Assembly (NCBI GenBank): GCA_045613565.1
Contig: JAZLBF010000035.1
Location: forward strand, 1,373 to 65,372
DNA: 64,000 nt
Source of the DNA: Bacteroidaceae bacterium
GTDB taxonomy: Bacteria > Bacteroidota > Bacteroidia > Bacteroidales > Bacteroidaceae
Direction of reading: 5' to 3'
Shown in pieces: positions 45,101 through 54,138 of the stretch (position 1 is its first letter; the number at the start of each line of letters is the position of its first letter). A model generated the notes under the pieces. That model had not been told where the DNA came from and made no database searches. It saw nothing but the letters and a program-made list of their open reading frames with translations. The position numbers were made by a program, and so were the translations under genes.

Positions 45101-45195
45101 TGGGCATAACCATCTTTGCTGGTGGTATAGGTATGCTCGTGTTGCTTACCACTGTGCTCCCAGTGGTGTATTGGAAATTGTACGAGAAGAAGTGA
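42124..45195 (+). CDS. RND efflux permease (AcrB/HAE family)
   Basis: 1023 aa with 12-TM, two-large-loop organisation. Conserved …VVLGMIVDNSIVVID… and …GFITLMGMIMRNEILIF… motifs. Confidence 0.9.
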   Translation: MAFKKDSWISWPINNYKITAFITALLVAFGIWAMYVMPKDEFPPFTIRQGVVIAVMPGATPEEIEEQVARPLERYIFTYKEVDRSKTYSTSQNGMCIVMVQFQQDQNNLTPVWSKMKHGLNTFKSSLPPGVVALMAQDDFGDTSALLITIESELRSYRELQGYSDELADRLRRLPSVSNVRQLGEQKEQLTISVDRERLAAYGIGQQTIIQALASQGLTTTSGIVATPQKNLNIYVAPCQDSQQEIGERIIYSAPDGKMVRVKDIATITREYDLSNGYIESNGKPCVLLSLEMLKGNNIVKYGEDVNVILEKFKEEYLPEDVEIRRITDQPEVVGTSVSDFLRDLFISMAIIIAVMMILFPIKSAIVAALTIPLSTFVSTGIMYAVGIELNIMTLACLIVVLGMIVDNSIVVIDGYLEYLATGMPRKDAAIKSVKQYFWPMFLATLCICIIFYPMLVIIKGEPADVLKLFPPTITINLMMSLVVAALIIPLLNVLIIKKVKQKSNNKRDITDRVQGAYDKALRWSFKHPWLTIISSIVIVVASGILFPKLKMRQFPFADRNQFAVEIYLPEGSGLEETKTIANELRNILENEEKVTGVTSFIGCSSPRFHASYAPVMAGKNFAQLIVNTQSNDASLEILDKLAPIYSNHWPHAYVRWKQMDYLPVPTYEYRFYGNNTDSIHKAAEILMQEMRTIPELEWVHTDYDMPSPMIEVKLDPVATSQLGISRSNAELQIMAQTSKLQVGSIWEAGSIDGKSRTYEIPLVVKDPSNDNMRVDDVENTYLSTLYGDMVPLRQVADVTPVWHDTKIVHRNGERCISVTAEGKRGTFALNIQNHIISFIEDMKLPAGVRSEIGGETEKNNEITPDVMVSLLLAVVLIFFFLLFNFRKFSIATVCIVAISLAMPGAILGLLIANKILGLTSMFGFITLMGMIMRNEILIFEHANEKMAEGMSAKEAAFDAGKRRMVPIFLTTATTAVGVVPMILAGSSFWMPVGITIFAGGIGMLVLLTTVLPVVYWKLYEKK

Positions 45196-45270
45196 GCGTA
45201 TACATATATAATGTGATAATGACTCACACACACAGACAACGTAACCGTTTATTATAAACCTCTATACGAA

Positions 45271-46626
45271 ATGAAAAAATATCTCATCATACTTGCACTC
45301 CTGTTGCCTGCGCTTGCCTCGGCTCAGAGCACGGTGCTTTCCTTGCAAGAATGCCTGGAAAGTGCAGAAAAGTATAATCGTACCCTGCAAAATGCTGCCA
45401 TCAACATAAGGATGGCTGAAGAGCAAAAGAAAGAGGCCTTCACTAAATACTTTCCAGAAATCTCTGCCAATGTGATGGCATTCCTCGCCTTCGACAAGAT
45501 GATACAGCACGATGGCTACTTCCCCATGGAACTAGCAGCACTGGCTCAGATAAACCCTAATCTTGCTGCTTTGGCGGGTCAACCCTTTAGCATCAACGAA
45601 TTGGACAAAGGACTAGCTCTCATGGCTACAGTGACACAACCCATCTTCGTGGGCGGACAGATAGTCAATGGCAACAGATTGGCCAATATTGGTAAGGAGG
45701 TGGCTGAATTGCAAACTAAATTGCAAACGGAAGAGGTGTTGCAAAAAATCACCGAGAACTATTACCAAATAGCCAAGATAAAGTACAATATGGCCACTAT
45801 CAAGAGCGCACAAGCTCAGTTGCACGCCATATATCAGGAGGTAAAAAACTATGTCGATGCAGGAGTAACCACTCGTAACGACCTTATCAAGGTTAGGTTG
45901 GAATTGCAACAACTCTCATCAGATAGTCTAAAGACTGCCAATGCTCATCATATCATGTGCATGCTACTGGCACAACAGATAGGCAAGGCAGGAGAGAGCA
46001 TAGATGTGAAGGAGGATATCGACTTTAAGAAGGAAGACCCTGCCCACTTGTTTGTCTCCGCGGAAGAAGCCGTTATGCAAAGAGAGGAATTGGCCTTGGC
46101 ACAGAAGAATGTTGATGCCCACAAGTTGAAGGTTCGCATGGAAGTTGGCAAGCACTTGCCCACCGTTGCCGTGGGTGTTAGCCTCAGCCATGTATCACTT
46201 GGAGGCCTTTCTGATGGAGCCAAAACTATCATCGATTCCAAGTCAAACAACGGCATGGCATTTGGCACCGTCAGCGTACCACTCACCGCTTGGTGGGGAG
46301 GTTCTAAAGCCATTCGCCGAGAGAAGTTGGCCCTGGAGCAATCAGAAAACCAAATGAAGGATGCTCGCGAGCAATTAATCATCGACATCGAATCCTCGTG
46401 GTCCTCACTTACCGAAGCGCATCAGCAAATAGGTATAGCCATTACCAGCGTGATAGAGGCTAGAGAAAATATGCGCATGTCGTACGACAAGTATCGCATG
46501 GGTACAGAGATATTGTCCGACCTCCTCGAGAGCGAGACACTCTTGCGCAAGAGCGAAGACCGCCTCTCAGAAGCGAAAGCCAACTATCTGATAAAACGAG
46601 CTGATTATATAAGAAAAACGAGGTAA
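45271..46626 (+). CDS. TolC-family outer-membrane efflux channel
   Basis: Signal peptide, then LSLQECLESAEKYNRTLQ and a duplicated coiled-coil repeat structure. Confidence 0.85.
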   Translation: MKKYLIILALLLPALASAQSTVLSLQECLESAEKYNRTLQNAAINIRMAEEQKKEAFTKYFPEISANVMAFLAFDKMIQHDGYFPMELAALAQINPNLAALAGQPFSINELDKGLALMATVTQPIFVGGQIVNGNRLANIGKEVAELQTKLQTEEVLQKITENYYQIAKIKYNMATIKSAQAQLHAIYQEVKNYVDAGVTTRNDLIKVRLELQQLSSDSLKTANAHHIMCMLLAQQIGKAGESIDVKEDIDFKKEDPAHLFVSAEEAVMQREELALAQKNVDAHKLKVRMEVGKHLPTVAVGVSLSHVSLGGLSDGAKTIIDSKSNNGMAFGTVSVPLTAWWGGSKAIRREKLALEQSENQMKDAREQLIIDIESSWSSLTEAHQQIGIAITSVIEARENMRMSYDKYRMGTEILSDLLESETLLRKSEDRLSEAKANYLIKRADYIRKTR

Positions 46627-46677
46627 ACAGGCCATCCTAAAGCCTATATCTCGGCATTTGAATTTAAGTTAATATGA

Positions 46678-46710
46678 GGGTATGTCTTTCGAGGCATACC
46701 TTCTTTTGTT
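46678..46710 (+). terminator. Hairpin GGGTATG-n10-CATACC followed by TTCTTTTGTTTG
   Basis: Stem plus T-rich tail, read directly downstream of the TolC-like gene. Confidence 0.5.
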
Positions 46711-46779
46711 TGCGAAAAGGCTCTCAAGAGAATAAGTACATAAGGTCCTACTTCATAAACAAAGTTCCAAACATTCGTT

Positions 46780-46900
46780 TGTCCTTTTCCGATGTAGGAA
46801 CGCATTTCCTAACTCTATTTTCTAGACTTCCCGATACAAAAGCGCATTTCCCAACCCTATTTCTTTCTCCCAGATACAGAAGAGGACTTTCCGAGAGTTC
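46780..46900. repeat. Degenerate repeats with ~42-43-bp period (about 3 units) carrying the CGCATTTCC core
   Basis: CGCATTTCC occurs at 46801 and 46843. The flanking TTCCGAT…/TTCCCGAT… segments align. Confidence 0.6.
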
Positions 46901-47006
46901 CTAAAAGCCCTCTTGAATGTGGCTATAACAAAAACAAGCGAGGACACACTTACATGCATCCTCGCTTGCGAATATTATATGTCCTTTATGTAAGAACTAG
47001 CGATTA

Positions 47007-48308
47007 TTATCCCAAGAAGCTGAGCAGAATACCTGCTGCTACGGCAGAACCGATAACACCTGCTACGTTGGGACCCATAGCGTGCATCAAGAGGAAGTTG
47101 CGACGGTCTTCCTTCTGACCCTCCTGCTGAGATACACGTGCAGCCATAGGCACAGCACTTACACCAGCAGAACCGATGAGAGGATTAATCTTAGAACCTT
47201 CCTTCAAGAAGAGGTTCATCAACTTGGCCATAAGCACACCTGATGCAGAACCTACACCGAAGGCTACGATACCTACGGCTAGGATACCGATAGTCTGCCA
47301 GTTGAGGAATGAGCTAGCTGTAGCAGTTGCACCAACGGTGATACCAAGGAAGATAACCACGATGTTGTTCAACTCGTTCTGTGCTGTCTTGCTCAAACGG
47401 TCTACACAACCACACTCCTTCATCAAGTTACCTAGCATCAAACAACCAATCAAGGTACCTGCGCTGGGCACTACCAAAGTTACGATAACTGCTACGATGA
47501 TGGGGAAGATAATCTTCTCCTTCTTACTAACGGTACGCAACTGTGACATGCGGATAAGGCGCTCCTTCTTGGTAGTCAAAGCACGCATGATGGGGGGCTG
47601 AATTACGGGTACAAGAGCCATGTAGCTGTATGCTGCTACGGCAATGGGACCTAGCAATTCAGGAGCCAACTTAGAGGTCAAGAAGATAGCTGTAGGACCA
47701 TCAGCACCACCAATGATACCGATAGAGGCAGCCTGAGCAGCATTGAAACCAAAGATGGGTATATCAGCCTGTACCACGATAAAGGTAGCAAAGATACCAA
47801 TCTGAGCAGCTGCACCTAGAAGCAAGCTCTTGGGGTTAGCAATCAGCGGACCAAAGTCGGTCATAGCACCTACGCCCAAGAAGATAAGACAGGGATAGAT
47901 ACCAGCCTTTACGCCGATGTACAAAATATCCAACAAACCACCATGAGCCATGATGTAACCATAGCTGTGATAGTTGGGGCTATTGGGGTCAAGGAAATCA
48001 TTCCACAATTCGCTGCTAAACATACCAGCACCAGGTAGATTAGATAGAATCATACCAAAGGCGATGGGCAGAAGCAACAATGGCTCAAAGCCCTTCTTGA
48101 TGGCCAAATAGAGAAGGTAACAGCCTACGGCAATCATGACGAGATTCTTCCATCCTTCGCCAACGAAGAAGTTGATGAAGCCCATCTCACCGAAGAACTT
48201 GTCCAAGCCCTCTTCCATATCAAAGGCCATAGCTGGTGTTGCCACGAGCAACATCAAGGCAATGAGTGAGAAGTATTTTACAAAACTTTTCATACTTGAA
48301 TTTCTCAA
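47007..48308 (-). CDS. mmdB: Na+-translocating decarboxylase beta subunit (OadB/MmdB family)
   Basis: Polytopic membrane protein with motifs typical of the family (…[14 protein letters not shown]…, …[12 protein letters not shown]…, …[19 protein letters not shown]…). Confidence 0.85.
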   Translation of the reverse strand: MRNSSMKSFVKYFSLIALMLLVATPAMAFDMEEGLDKFFGEMGFINFFVGEGWKNLVMIAVGCYLLYLAIKKGFEPLLLLPIAFGMILSNLPGAGMFSSELWNDFLDPNSPNYHSYGYIMAHGGLLDILYIGVKAGIYPCLIFLGVGAMTDFGPLIANPKSLLLGAAAQIGIFATFIVVQADIPIFGFNAAQAASIGIIGGADGPTAIFLTSKLAPELLGPIAVAAYSYMALVPVIQPPIMRALTTKKERLIRMSQLRTVSKKEKIIFPIIVAVIVTLVVPSAGTLIGCLMLGNLMKECGCVDRLSKTAQNELNNIVVIFLGITVGATATASSFLNWQTIGILAVGIVAFGVGSASGVLMAKLMNLFLKEGSKINPLIGSAGVSAVPMAARVSQQEGQKEDRRNFLLMHAMGPNVAGVIGSAVAAGILLSFLG

Positions 48309-48324
48309 TATTAATGTTTAGGGC

Positions 48325-49047
48325 TTAGTTTAACTCTACTAGTGCCTGACCACTCTGTACCTGGTCACCTTCCTTGCAGAGGATAGCCTTGACGGTACCA
48401 GCAAACTCAGCGGTGATGCTGTTTTCCATCTTCATAGCTTCCATCATCAACACGGTATCACCAGCAGCCACGGTGTCGCCCACCTTGACGCTAACCTTGG
48501 TGATAGAACCTGGGAGGGGTGCGGTAACAGTCTTAGCACCAGCACCAGCAGCAGGAGCGGGAGCAGCAGCTACAGGAGCAGCAGCAGGAGCAGCGGGAGC
48601 GGGTGCTGCCTTGGGAGCAGCAGGAGCTGCTACGGGAGCAGCTACTACGTCAGCTACCATCTCTACCAAGAGGTCGCCCTGATTAACGCTCTGACCATTG
48701 CTTACAGCTACGCGCTGTACAGTGCCATCCACCTCAGCTACGATGTCGTTAGCCATCTTCATAGCCTCAATTACTAGCAATACCTCGCCACGCTTTACGT
48801 GCTGACCAGCACCTACCTTTACCTCAGTAACGGTACCGGGCAATTCGCTTACCACGTTCTTAGGACCGCCTGCCTGAGCCACGGGAGCTGCACCTGCCAT
48901 AGCAGGACGAGCAGCAGAAGTGCGTGTCTGAGGCATCTCCACCTGATATGTCTGACCATTGACGGTAACCTGCATGTTACCACCCTGAAGTTCTTCTACA
49001 GTGGCAAGATAGTCAGTGCCACCTATTTTGAATTTAAATTCTTTCAT
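48325..49047 (-). CDS. mmdC: Biotin carboxyl-carrier subunit with two biotinyl domains
   Basis: Two EAMKM biotinylation motifs (VIEAMKMAND and MMEAMKMENS), separated by an Ala/Pro-rich linker. Confidence 0.8.
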   Translation of the reverse strand: MKEFKFKIGGTDYLATVEELQGGNMQVTVNGQTYQVEMPQTRTSAARPAMAGAAPVAQAGGPKNVVSELPGTVTEVKVGAGQHVKRGEVLLVIEAMKMANDIVAEVDGTVQRVAVSNGQSVNQGDLLVEMVADVVAAPVAAPAAPKAAPAPAAPAAAPVAAAPAPAAGAGAKTVTAPLPGSITKVSVKVGDTVAAGDTVLMMEAMKMENSITAEFAGTVKAILCKEGDQVQSGQALVELN

Positions 49048-49077
49048 TTGTCTTTAATGTTAATAGATTACACTATA

Positions 49078-49410
49078 CTATAGTCTTGTGTTCAACTGTG
49101 AAGACCAAGAGTGATCGTTGTGAGTAATGGTAAGGATACCACTCTCCTGATTCATCTCGTCCTGCTCATAAAGGTACAAGGTAAGGGCTACAGCGGCCTT
49201 GTCTTCAAGACTGGCATTGGCAAGGGTCTTGGCATTATTGTATTCAGTCTTGATGTCTTTTGCCTTAGCTGGCTTTTTAGCTACAGACTTGGTTGCTACG
49301 AAGGTAAAGATGCTCAACACCAAAACCAATGCAACCAAAATAGCAAACACGACAACAATACTGATACCTGCCAACTGCCATGTTTGGATTGTTATAGCAA
49401 GAGTATTCAT
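49078..49410 (-). CDS. mmdD: OadG-family small membrane subunit (delta/gamma-type anchor)
   Basis: 110 aa with a single N-terminal TM helix (LAGISIVVVFAILVALVLVLSIF). Position between the carboxyltransferase and the carrier. Confidence 0.65.
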   Translation of the reverse strand: MNTLAITIQTWQLAGISIVVVFAILVALVLVLSIFTFVATKSVAKKPAKAKDIKTEYNNAKTLANASLEDKAAVALTLYLYEQDEMNQESGILTITHNDHSWSSQLNTRL

Positions 49411-49413
49411 ATA

Positions 49414-50985
49414 TTACAAGGGGATATTACCATGCTTCTTAGCAGGATTGGTAAGTTTCTTATTCTCTAACTGAGCCAAAGCGCGAATTACGCGGAAACG
49501 AGTATTGCGGGGCTCGATAACATCGTCGATGTAACCAAACTTAGCTGCCTGATAGGGAGTAGCGAAGAGCTTGTTGTACTCCTCTTCCTTCTCCTTGATG
49601 TAAGCCTTTGCCTCTTCCACCTTACCCTCATCCTTAAGGGTCTTAGCGTCCTTAGCATACAATACGCTAGCTGCACCGCTAGCACCCATAACAGCAATCT
49701 CTGAAGAGGGCCATGCATAGTTGATATCACCACGCAACTGCTTACAGCTCATCACGATGTGGCTACCACCATAGCTCTTACGTAGAGTAACAGTTACCTT
49801 GGGCACTGTAGCCTCACCGTAAGCGTAAAGCAACTTAGCACCGTGCAAAATCACTGCATTGTACTCTTGAGCAGTACCAGGCAAGAAACCAGGAACATCT
49901 ACTAGAGTAACGATGGGAATATTGAAGGCATCACAGAAACGTACGAAACGTGCACCCTTACGGCTGCTGTTGCAATCCAATACACCTGCCAACTGCTTGG
50001 GCTGGTTAGCAACGATACCTACAGACTGACCATTGAAACGTGCGAAACCGATGATAAGGTTCTTAGCATAGTTGGGCTGTACCTCGAAGAATTCGCCATT
50101 GTCCACGATACCAGCGATTACCTCATACATATCGTAGGGCATGTTGGGATTGTCGGGGATGATTTCGTTCAAGTAGTCCTCCATACGGTTGATGGGGTCT
50201 GTGCATGCCACGCGTGGAGTCTTCTCCAGGTTGTTCTGAGGAATGTAGCTCATCAACTTCTGAATCATAGCGATTGCCTCTTCCTCTGTGCTTGCGGTGA
50301 AGTGAGTAACACCGCTCTTGGTAGCATGTACGCTAGCACCACCCAACTGCTCCTGAGTAACCACCTCGCCCAAAACTGCCTTAACGGGGCCAGGACCTGT
50401 GAGGAACATGTATGAAGTGTTTTCTACCATCAAAGTGAAGTCAGTCAAAGCAGGGCTATATACGGCACCACCTGCGCAGGGGCCCATGATAGCACTAATC
50501 TGAGGAATTACACCTGATGCCATGATATTGCGCTGGAAAATCTCAGCATAACCAGCCAATGAGTTAACACCCTCCTGAAGACGAGCACCACCCGAGTCAT
50601 TCAAACCGATGACGGGAGCACCTACCTTCATAGCCATGTCCATAATCTTGCAAATCTTGCTTGCAAGCATCTCTGACAACGAACCTGCGGTAACGGTGAA
50701 GTCCTGAGCAAAAACATATACCAAACGACCAGCAATAGTACCACAACCGGTTACTACACCATCGCCTAGATAGTGCTTCTTCTCCATACCAAAGTTGTAG
50801 CAACGATGCTCGACGAACATATCCATTTCCTCGAAACTACCTGCATCCAACAACATGTTGATGCGCTCACGGGCTGTCAGTTTGCCCTTCTCGTGCTGCT
50901 TAGCAATAGCCTTTTCACCACCACCAAGACGAGCCTTCTCACGGAGTTGATGCAACTCCTTGATTTTTTCTGTCTGATTACTCAT
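49414..50985 (-). CDS. mmdA: Methylmalonyl-CoA decarboxylase alpha subunit / acyl-CoA carboxyltransferase
   Basis: Carboxyltransferase N and C domains (…[15 protein letters not shown]…, …[10 protein letters not shown]…, …VTLRKSYGG…). Operon context with Oad beta/gamma and the biotin carrier. Confidence 0.85.
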   Translation of the reverse strand: MSNQTEKIKELHQLREKARLGGGEKAIAKQHEKGKLTARERINMLLDAGSFEEMDMFVEHRCYNFGMEKKHYLGDGVVTGCGTIAGRLVYVFAQDFTVTAGSLSEMLASKICKIMDMAMKVGAPVIGLNDSGGARLQEGVNSLAGYAEIFQRNIMASGVIPQISAIMGPCAGGAVYSPALTDFTLMVENTSYMFLTGPGPVKAVLGEVVTQEQLGGASVHATKSGVTHFTASTEEEAIAMIQKLMSYIPQNNLEKTPRVACTDPINRMEDYLNEIIPDNPNMPYDMYEVIAGIVDNGEFFEVQPNYAKNLIIGFARFNGQSVGIVANQPKQLAGVLDCNSSRKGARFVRFCDAFNIPIVTLVDVPGFLPGTAQEYNAVILHGAKLLYAYGEATVPKVTVTLRKSYGGSHIVMSCKQLRGDINYAWPSSEIAVMGASGAASVLYAKDAKTLKDEGKVEEAKAYIKEKEEEYNKLFATPYQAAKFGYIDDVIEPRNTRFRVIRALAQLENKKLTNPAKKHGNIPL

Positions 50986-51034
50986 TTTGAGATTTAAATG
51001 ATATTGTGTTAGTTAATTTCTTTGCCTTGTAAAA

Positions 51035-51042
51035 CAAATATA
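51035..51042 (-). promoter_or_regulatory. -7 promoter box TATATTTG for the mmd operon
   Basis: Minus-strand CGTATATTTGTTTT, about 50 nt upstream of the mmdA ATG. Confidence 0.4.
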
Positions 51043-51211
51043 CGCGCGTATCTAATTTATAAATACGCACATTTCGTTTGCAAAGTTAGTAATAAAATGA
51101 CAAAACAGCACCCCTCGAGTATGTGTATTTTTTAGTTTTTCTGACAAATAGTTAATTATTTCACGTCAAAAGATGGTGTTAATGCTATTTTTTATAACTT
51201 TGGCACTCGTT

Positions 51212-52573
51212 ATGGGACAGAGAGTACCTACTGAATTGGGCGAAAAGCCCATTGGCAAATTACTGATGAGTTATGCCTTGCCTGCCATAGCAGCTATGGT
51301 GGCTAGTTCATTGTATAACATTATAGACAGAGCCTTCATAGGTCACTATGTAGGCAAGTTGGCATTGGGTGGACTTACAGCCACCTTCCCCTTCATGAAC
51401 CTTGGTGCCGCATTTGGTGCTATGGTTGGTGTGGGTGCAAGCACTGTAATCAGTGTGCGATTAGGACAGAAAGACTATGCCACGGCACAAAATGTGCTGG
51501 GTAATGCCATCACGTTGAATCTTATTCTTGGCACTCTGTTTACCATCGTCTGCATGTCCTTTCTAGACCCCATCCTTTATCTCTTCGGAGCCTCGGACAT
51601 TACCCTACCCTATGCTCGCGAATACATGCAGATAATCCTGATTTTCAACGTAGTATCACACAGCTATCTAGGACTTAATGCTATCATGCGAGCAGCTGGT
51701 CATCCCATCACAGCCATGATGCTCACCATCGTGGGTATAGCTGTCAATGCTGTGCTTGACCCTCTATTTATCATCACCTTCGACATGGGCATCCGTGGTG
51801 CTGCATGGGCTACCATCATCTCGCAGACGCTAGCTCTCATTGCCGTCCTTGCTTTGTTCAGTCGCAAGCAAGAATTATTGCATCTCAAACGTGGTATATA
51901 TAAATTGAAAACTAGCATCGTACGCCAAACTATAGCCATTGGTATGTCTCCCTTCCTGATGAATGCTTGTGCTTGTTTGGTGGTATTGCTCATCAACCGC
52001 AGTATGCAGGAATATGGTGGCGACGACGCTCTTACAGCATACGGTATAGTAAATAGTGTGGTATTCTTCTTCTTGATGATAGTGATGGGCCTCAACCAAG
52101 GCATGCAACCCATAGCTGGTTACAACTGGGGTGCTCACAAGAATGACCGCGTATGGCGAGTGCTATACTACACTATGTTTGCAGCTACATTGGTCACAAC
52201 CGTTGGTTTCTTAATAGGAGAATTTATACCTCGTATCCCCTCGCTCATATTCACTACTGACGAAGACATCATTGCCCTCTCCTCGCATGGTTTCCGTCTC
52301 TGCGTGAGCGTATTCCCATTGGTTGGAGCACAGATGGTGGTGAGCAACTTCTTCCAAAGCATCGGTCATGCAGGTAAGAGTATCTTCCTAAGTACCTCGC
52401 GACAACTGATATTCTTGATACCAGGTTTGCTTATCCTACCCAACTTCTTTGGTTTGGATGGCGTGTGGTATAGTCTCCCTCTTGCTGATACTCTAAGTTG
52501 TGTCATCGCAGCTAGCATGCTTTGGTGGACAAGAAAGCGTATCATCAAAAAGGAAACTGCCCTCAAGGCATAA
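51212..52573 (+). CDS. MATE-family efflux transporter
   Basis: 12-TM pattern with an N-terminal …IGKLLMSYALPAIAAMVASSLYNIIDRAFIG typical of MATE/NorM. The start could be 51173 or 51212. Confidence 0.85.
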   Translation: MGQRVPTELGEKPIGKLLMSYALPAIAAMVASSLYNIIDRAFIGHYVGKLALGGLTATFPFMNLGAAFGAMVGVGASTVISVRLGQKDYATAQNVLGNAITLNLILGTLFTIVCMSFLDPILYLFGASDITLPYAREYMQIILIFNVVSHSYLGLNAIMRAAGHPITAMMLTIVGIAVNAVLDPLFIITFDMGIRGAAWATIISQTLALIAVLALFSRKQELLHLKRGIYKLKTSIVRQTIAIGMSPFLMNACACLVVLLINRSMQEYGGDDALTAYGIVNSVVFFFLMIVMGLNQGMQPIAGYNWGAHKNDRVWRVLYYTMFAATLVTTVGFLIGEFIPRIPSLIFTTDEDIIALSSHGFRLCVSVFPLVGAQMVVSNFFQSIGHAGKSIFLSTSRQLIFLIPGLLILPNFFGLDGVWYSLPLADTLSCVIAASMLWWTRKRIIKKETALKA

Positions 52574-52611
52574 CCAAGGGCTCGCTCACATCCTCTCCCC
52601 TCTCCTAGGAT

Positions 52612-53193
52612 ATGAAAACTTTGATTTGGCACGAGCACGACACCTATTCCGAAGAACAATTGGCTAGAGACCTCTTACTCTTGCCCTCATGGAGACGTGA
52701 ACAGGCTCTCAGATACAAACATTTCAACGGGAGGCGTGATTGTTGCATATCATACCTTCTATTATGCCAAGCACTAGAGGAACAGTATGGCATCAGCGAG
52801 AATCCTATTTTCATCATCGGAGAGCATGGTAAACCATCGCTTAAAGAGTACCCTCATTTGCATTTCAATCTCAGCCATTGCTCGCATGCCATCGCATGTG
52901 TGATATCATCATCACCTGTGGGCATCGACGTGGAAAGTATCGACCGCAAGGTTAGCGATAGCCTCATCAGACACACTATGAGCCCCGAGGAGCAAGCAAT
53001 AATTAAGCAAGACCCTTTACACTTCTTCCGCCTTTGGACACAAAAGGAAGCACTCGTCAAGCTACGTGGCACTGGTTTGCAAGATAATCTGCATCACCTA
53101 CTCTGCCCTAGCAATCTAGAGGATGTCTCGCTACATACTGAGGATCACACAGACAAAGGATTTATACTCTCAATAGCTAAAACAAAAAAGTGA
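52612..53193 (+). CDS. 4'-phosphopantetheinyl transferase (Sfp-type)
   Basis: …GKPSL…HFNLSHCSHAIACVISSSPVGIDVE… and W.QKEALVKLRG motifs. Confidence 0.8.
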   Translation: MKTLIWHEHDTYSEEQLARDLLLLPSWRREQALRYKHFNGRRDCCISYLLLCQALEEQYGISENPIFIIGEHGKPSLKEYPHLHFNLSHCSHAIACVISSSPVGIDVESIDRKVSDSLIRHTMSPEEQAIIKQDPLHFFRLWTQKEALVKLRGTGLQDNLHHLLCPSNLEDVSLHTEDHTDKGFILSIAKTKK

Positions 53194-53301
53194 AAGTTCC
53201 AAATCCCCTTAAATCCTCTAGCATCCTCTTAATCATCTTAGTCCTCTCAATCCTCTTTATCCTCTCAAATCCTCTAACCCCAAAAACAAAAATCACTATA
53301 T

Positions 53302-54054
53302 ATGAAATTCATCAGTTGGAACGTAAACGGACTTCGTGCCGTAGTAGGCAAGAACTTCATGGAGGCATTCAATCAACTAGATGCCGACTTCTTTTGCCTT
53401 CAGGAAACTAAATTACAAGCAGGACAGATAGACCTAGATATACCAGGATACACCTCCTATTGGAACTACGCCGAGAAAAAGGGTTATAGCGGTACTGCTA
53501 TCTTTACCAAGCATCAGCCCCTCAGTGTCAGTTATGGCATGGGCATAGAAGAGCACGACACAGAGGGACGTCTCATCACTCTAGAGATGAATGACTTCTA
53601 CTTGGTATGCTGCTACACTCCCAACTCGCAAGACGGGCTCAAACGACTTGACTACCGCATGCAATGGGAAGAGGACTTGCGTACCTATCTCTCTACTCTT
53701 GACCAGAAGAAACCCGTCATCTATTGTGGTGACCTCAATGTAGCACATAAGGAGATAGACCTAAAAAATCCCAAGACCAATCGCATGAACCCTGGTTTTA
53801 CTGACCAAGAGCGCGAGAAAATGACACTCCTGCTTGAGAGTGGTTTTACAGATACCTTCCGTTTCCTCCACCCCGACGAGAAAGACATATACTCATGGTG
53901 GAGTTATCGTTTTAAGGCTCGTGAAAAGAACACTGGGTGGCGTATCGACTATTTCATTACCTCCAATAGTCTACAACCTCGTATCAAATCTGCCTCAATC
54001 CACACAGACATCTTCGGTAGTGACCATTGCCCCGTAGAAGTAGTAATTGAGTAA
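53302..54054 (+). CDS. xth: Exodeoxyribonuclease III
   Basis: MKFISWNVNGLRA…FFCLQETK…GDLNVAH…SDHCPV, the EEP-family catalytic motifs. Confidence 0.9.
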   Translation: MKFISWNVNGLRAVVGKNFMEAFNQLDADFFCLQETKLQAGQIDLDIPGYTSYWNYAEKKGYSGTAIFTKHQPLSVSYGMGIEEHDTEGRLITLEMNDFYLVCCYTPNSQDGLKRLDYRMQWEEDLRTYLSTLDQKKPVIYCGDLNVAHKEIDLKNPKTNRMNPGFTDQEREKMTLLLESGFTDTFRFLHPDEKDIYSWWSYRFKAREKNTGWRIDYFITSNSLQPRIKSASIHTDIFGSDHCPVEVVIE

Positions 54055-54085
54055 GCAAGAACTAAAAAGAATATCCGAGATATAA

Positions 54086-54120
54086 AAAGACGTGACCCTA
54101 AGGCCACGTCTTTTATTTTT
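54086..54120. terminator. Bidirectional hairpin AAAGACGTG-n10-CACGTCTTT followed by TATTTTT
   Basis: 9-bp stem flanked by an A-run and a T-run, between convergent genes. Confidence 0.7.
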
Positions 54121-54138
54121 ATAGTAAGTGGAGCAAGA

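Noticed and set aside
44481-45239. Long antisense ORFs inside the RND permease. The same pattern occurs at 61329-61865, 62189-62701, 51700-52113, 45948-46388, 16058-16726 and 56821-57432.
   Set aside because: These are shadow ORFs opposite strongly supported genes. Their translations are low-complexity and lack any motif.
46674-46904. 76-aa ORF after the TolC-like gene
   Set aside because: It spans the terminator hairpin and the degenerate 43-bp repeats, and its translation is repeat-derived (…HFLTLFSRLPDTKAHFPTLFLSP…).
53190-53411. 73-aa ORF overlapping the xth start
   Set aside because: It translates the TCCTCT pyrimidine tract (SSILLIILVLSILFILS) and then runs out of frame into xth, so it is most likely spurious.
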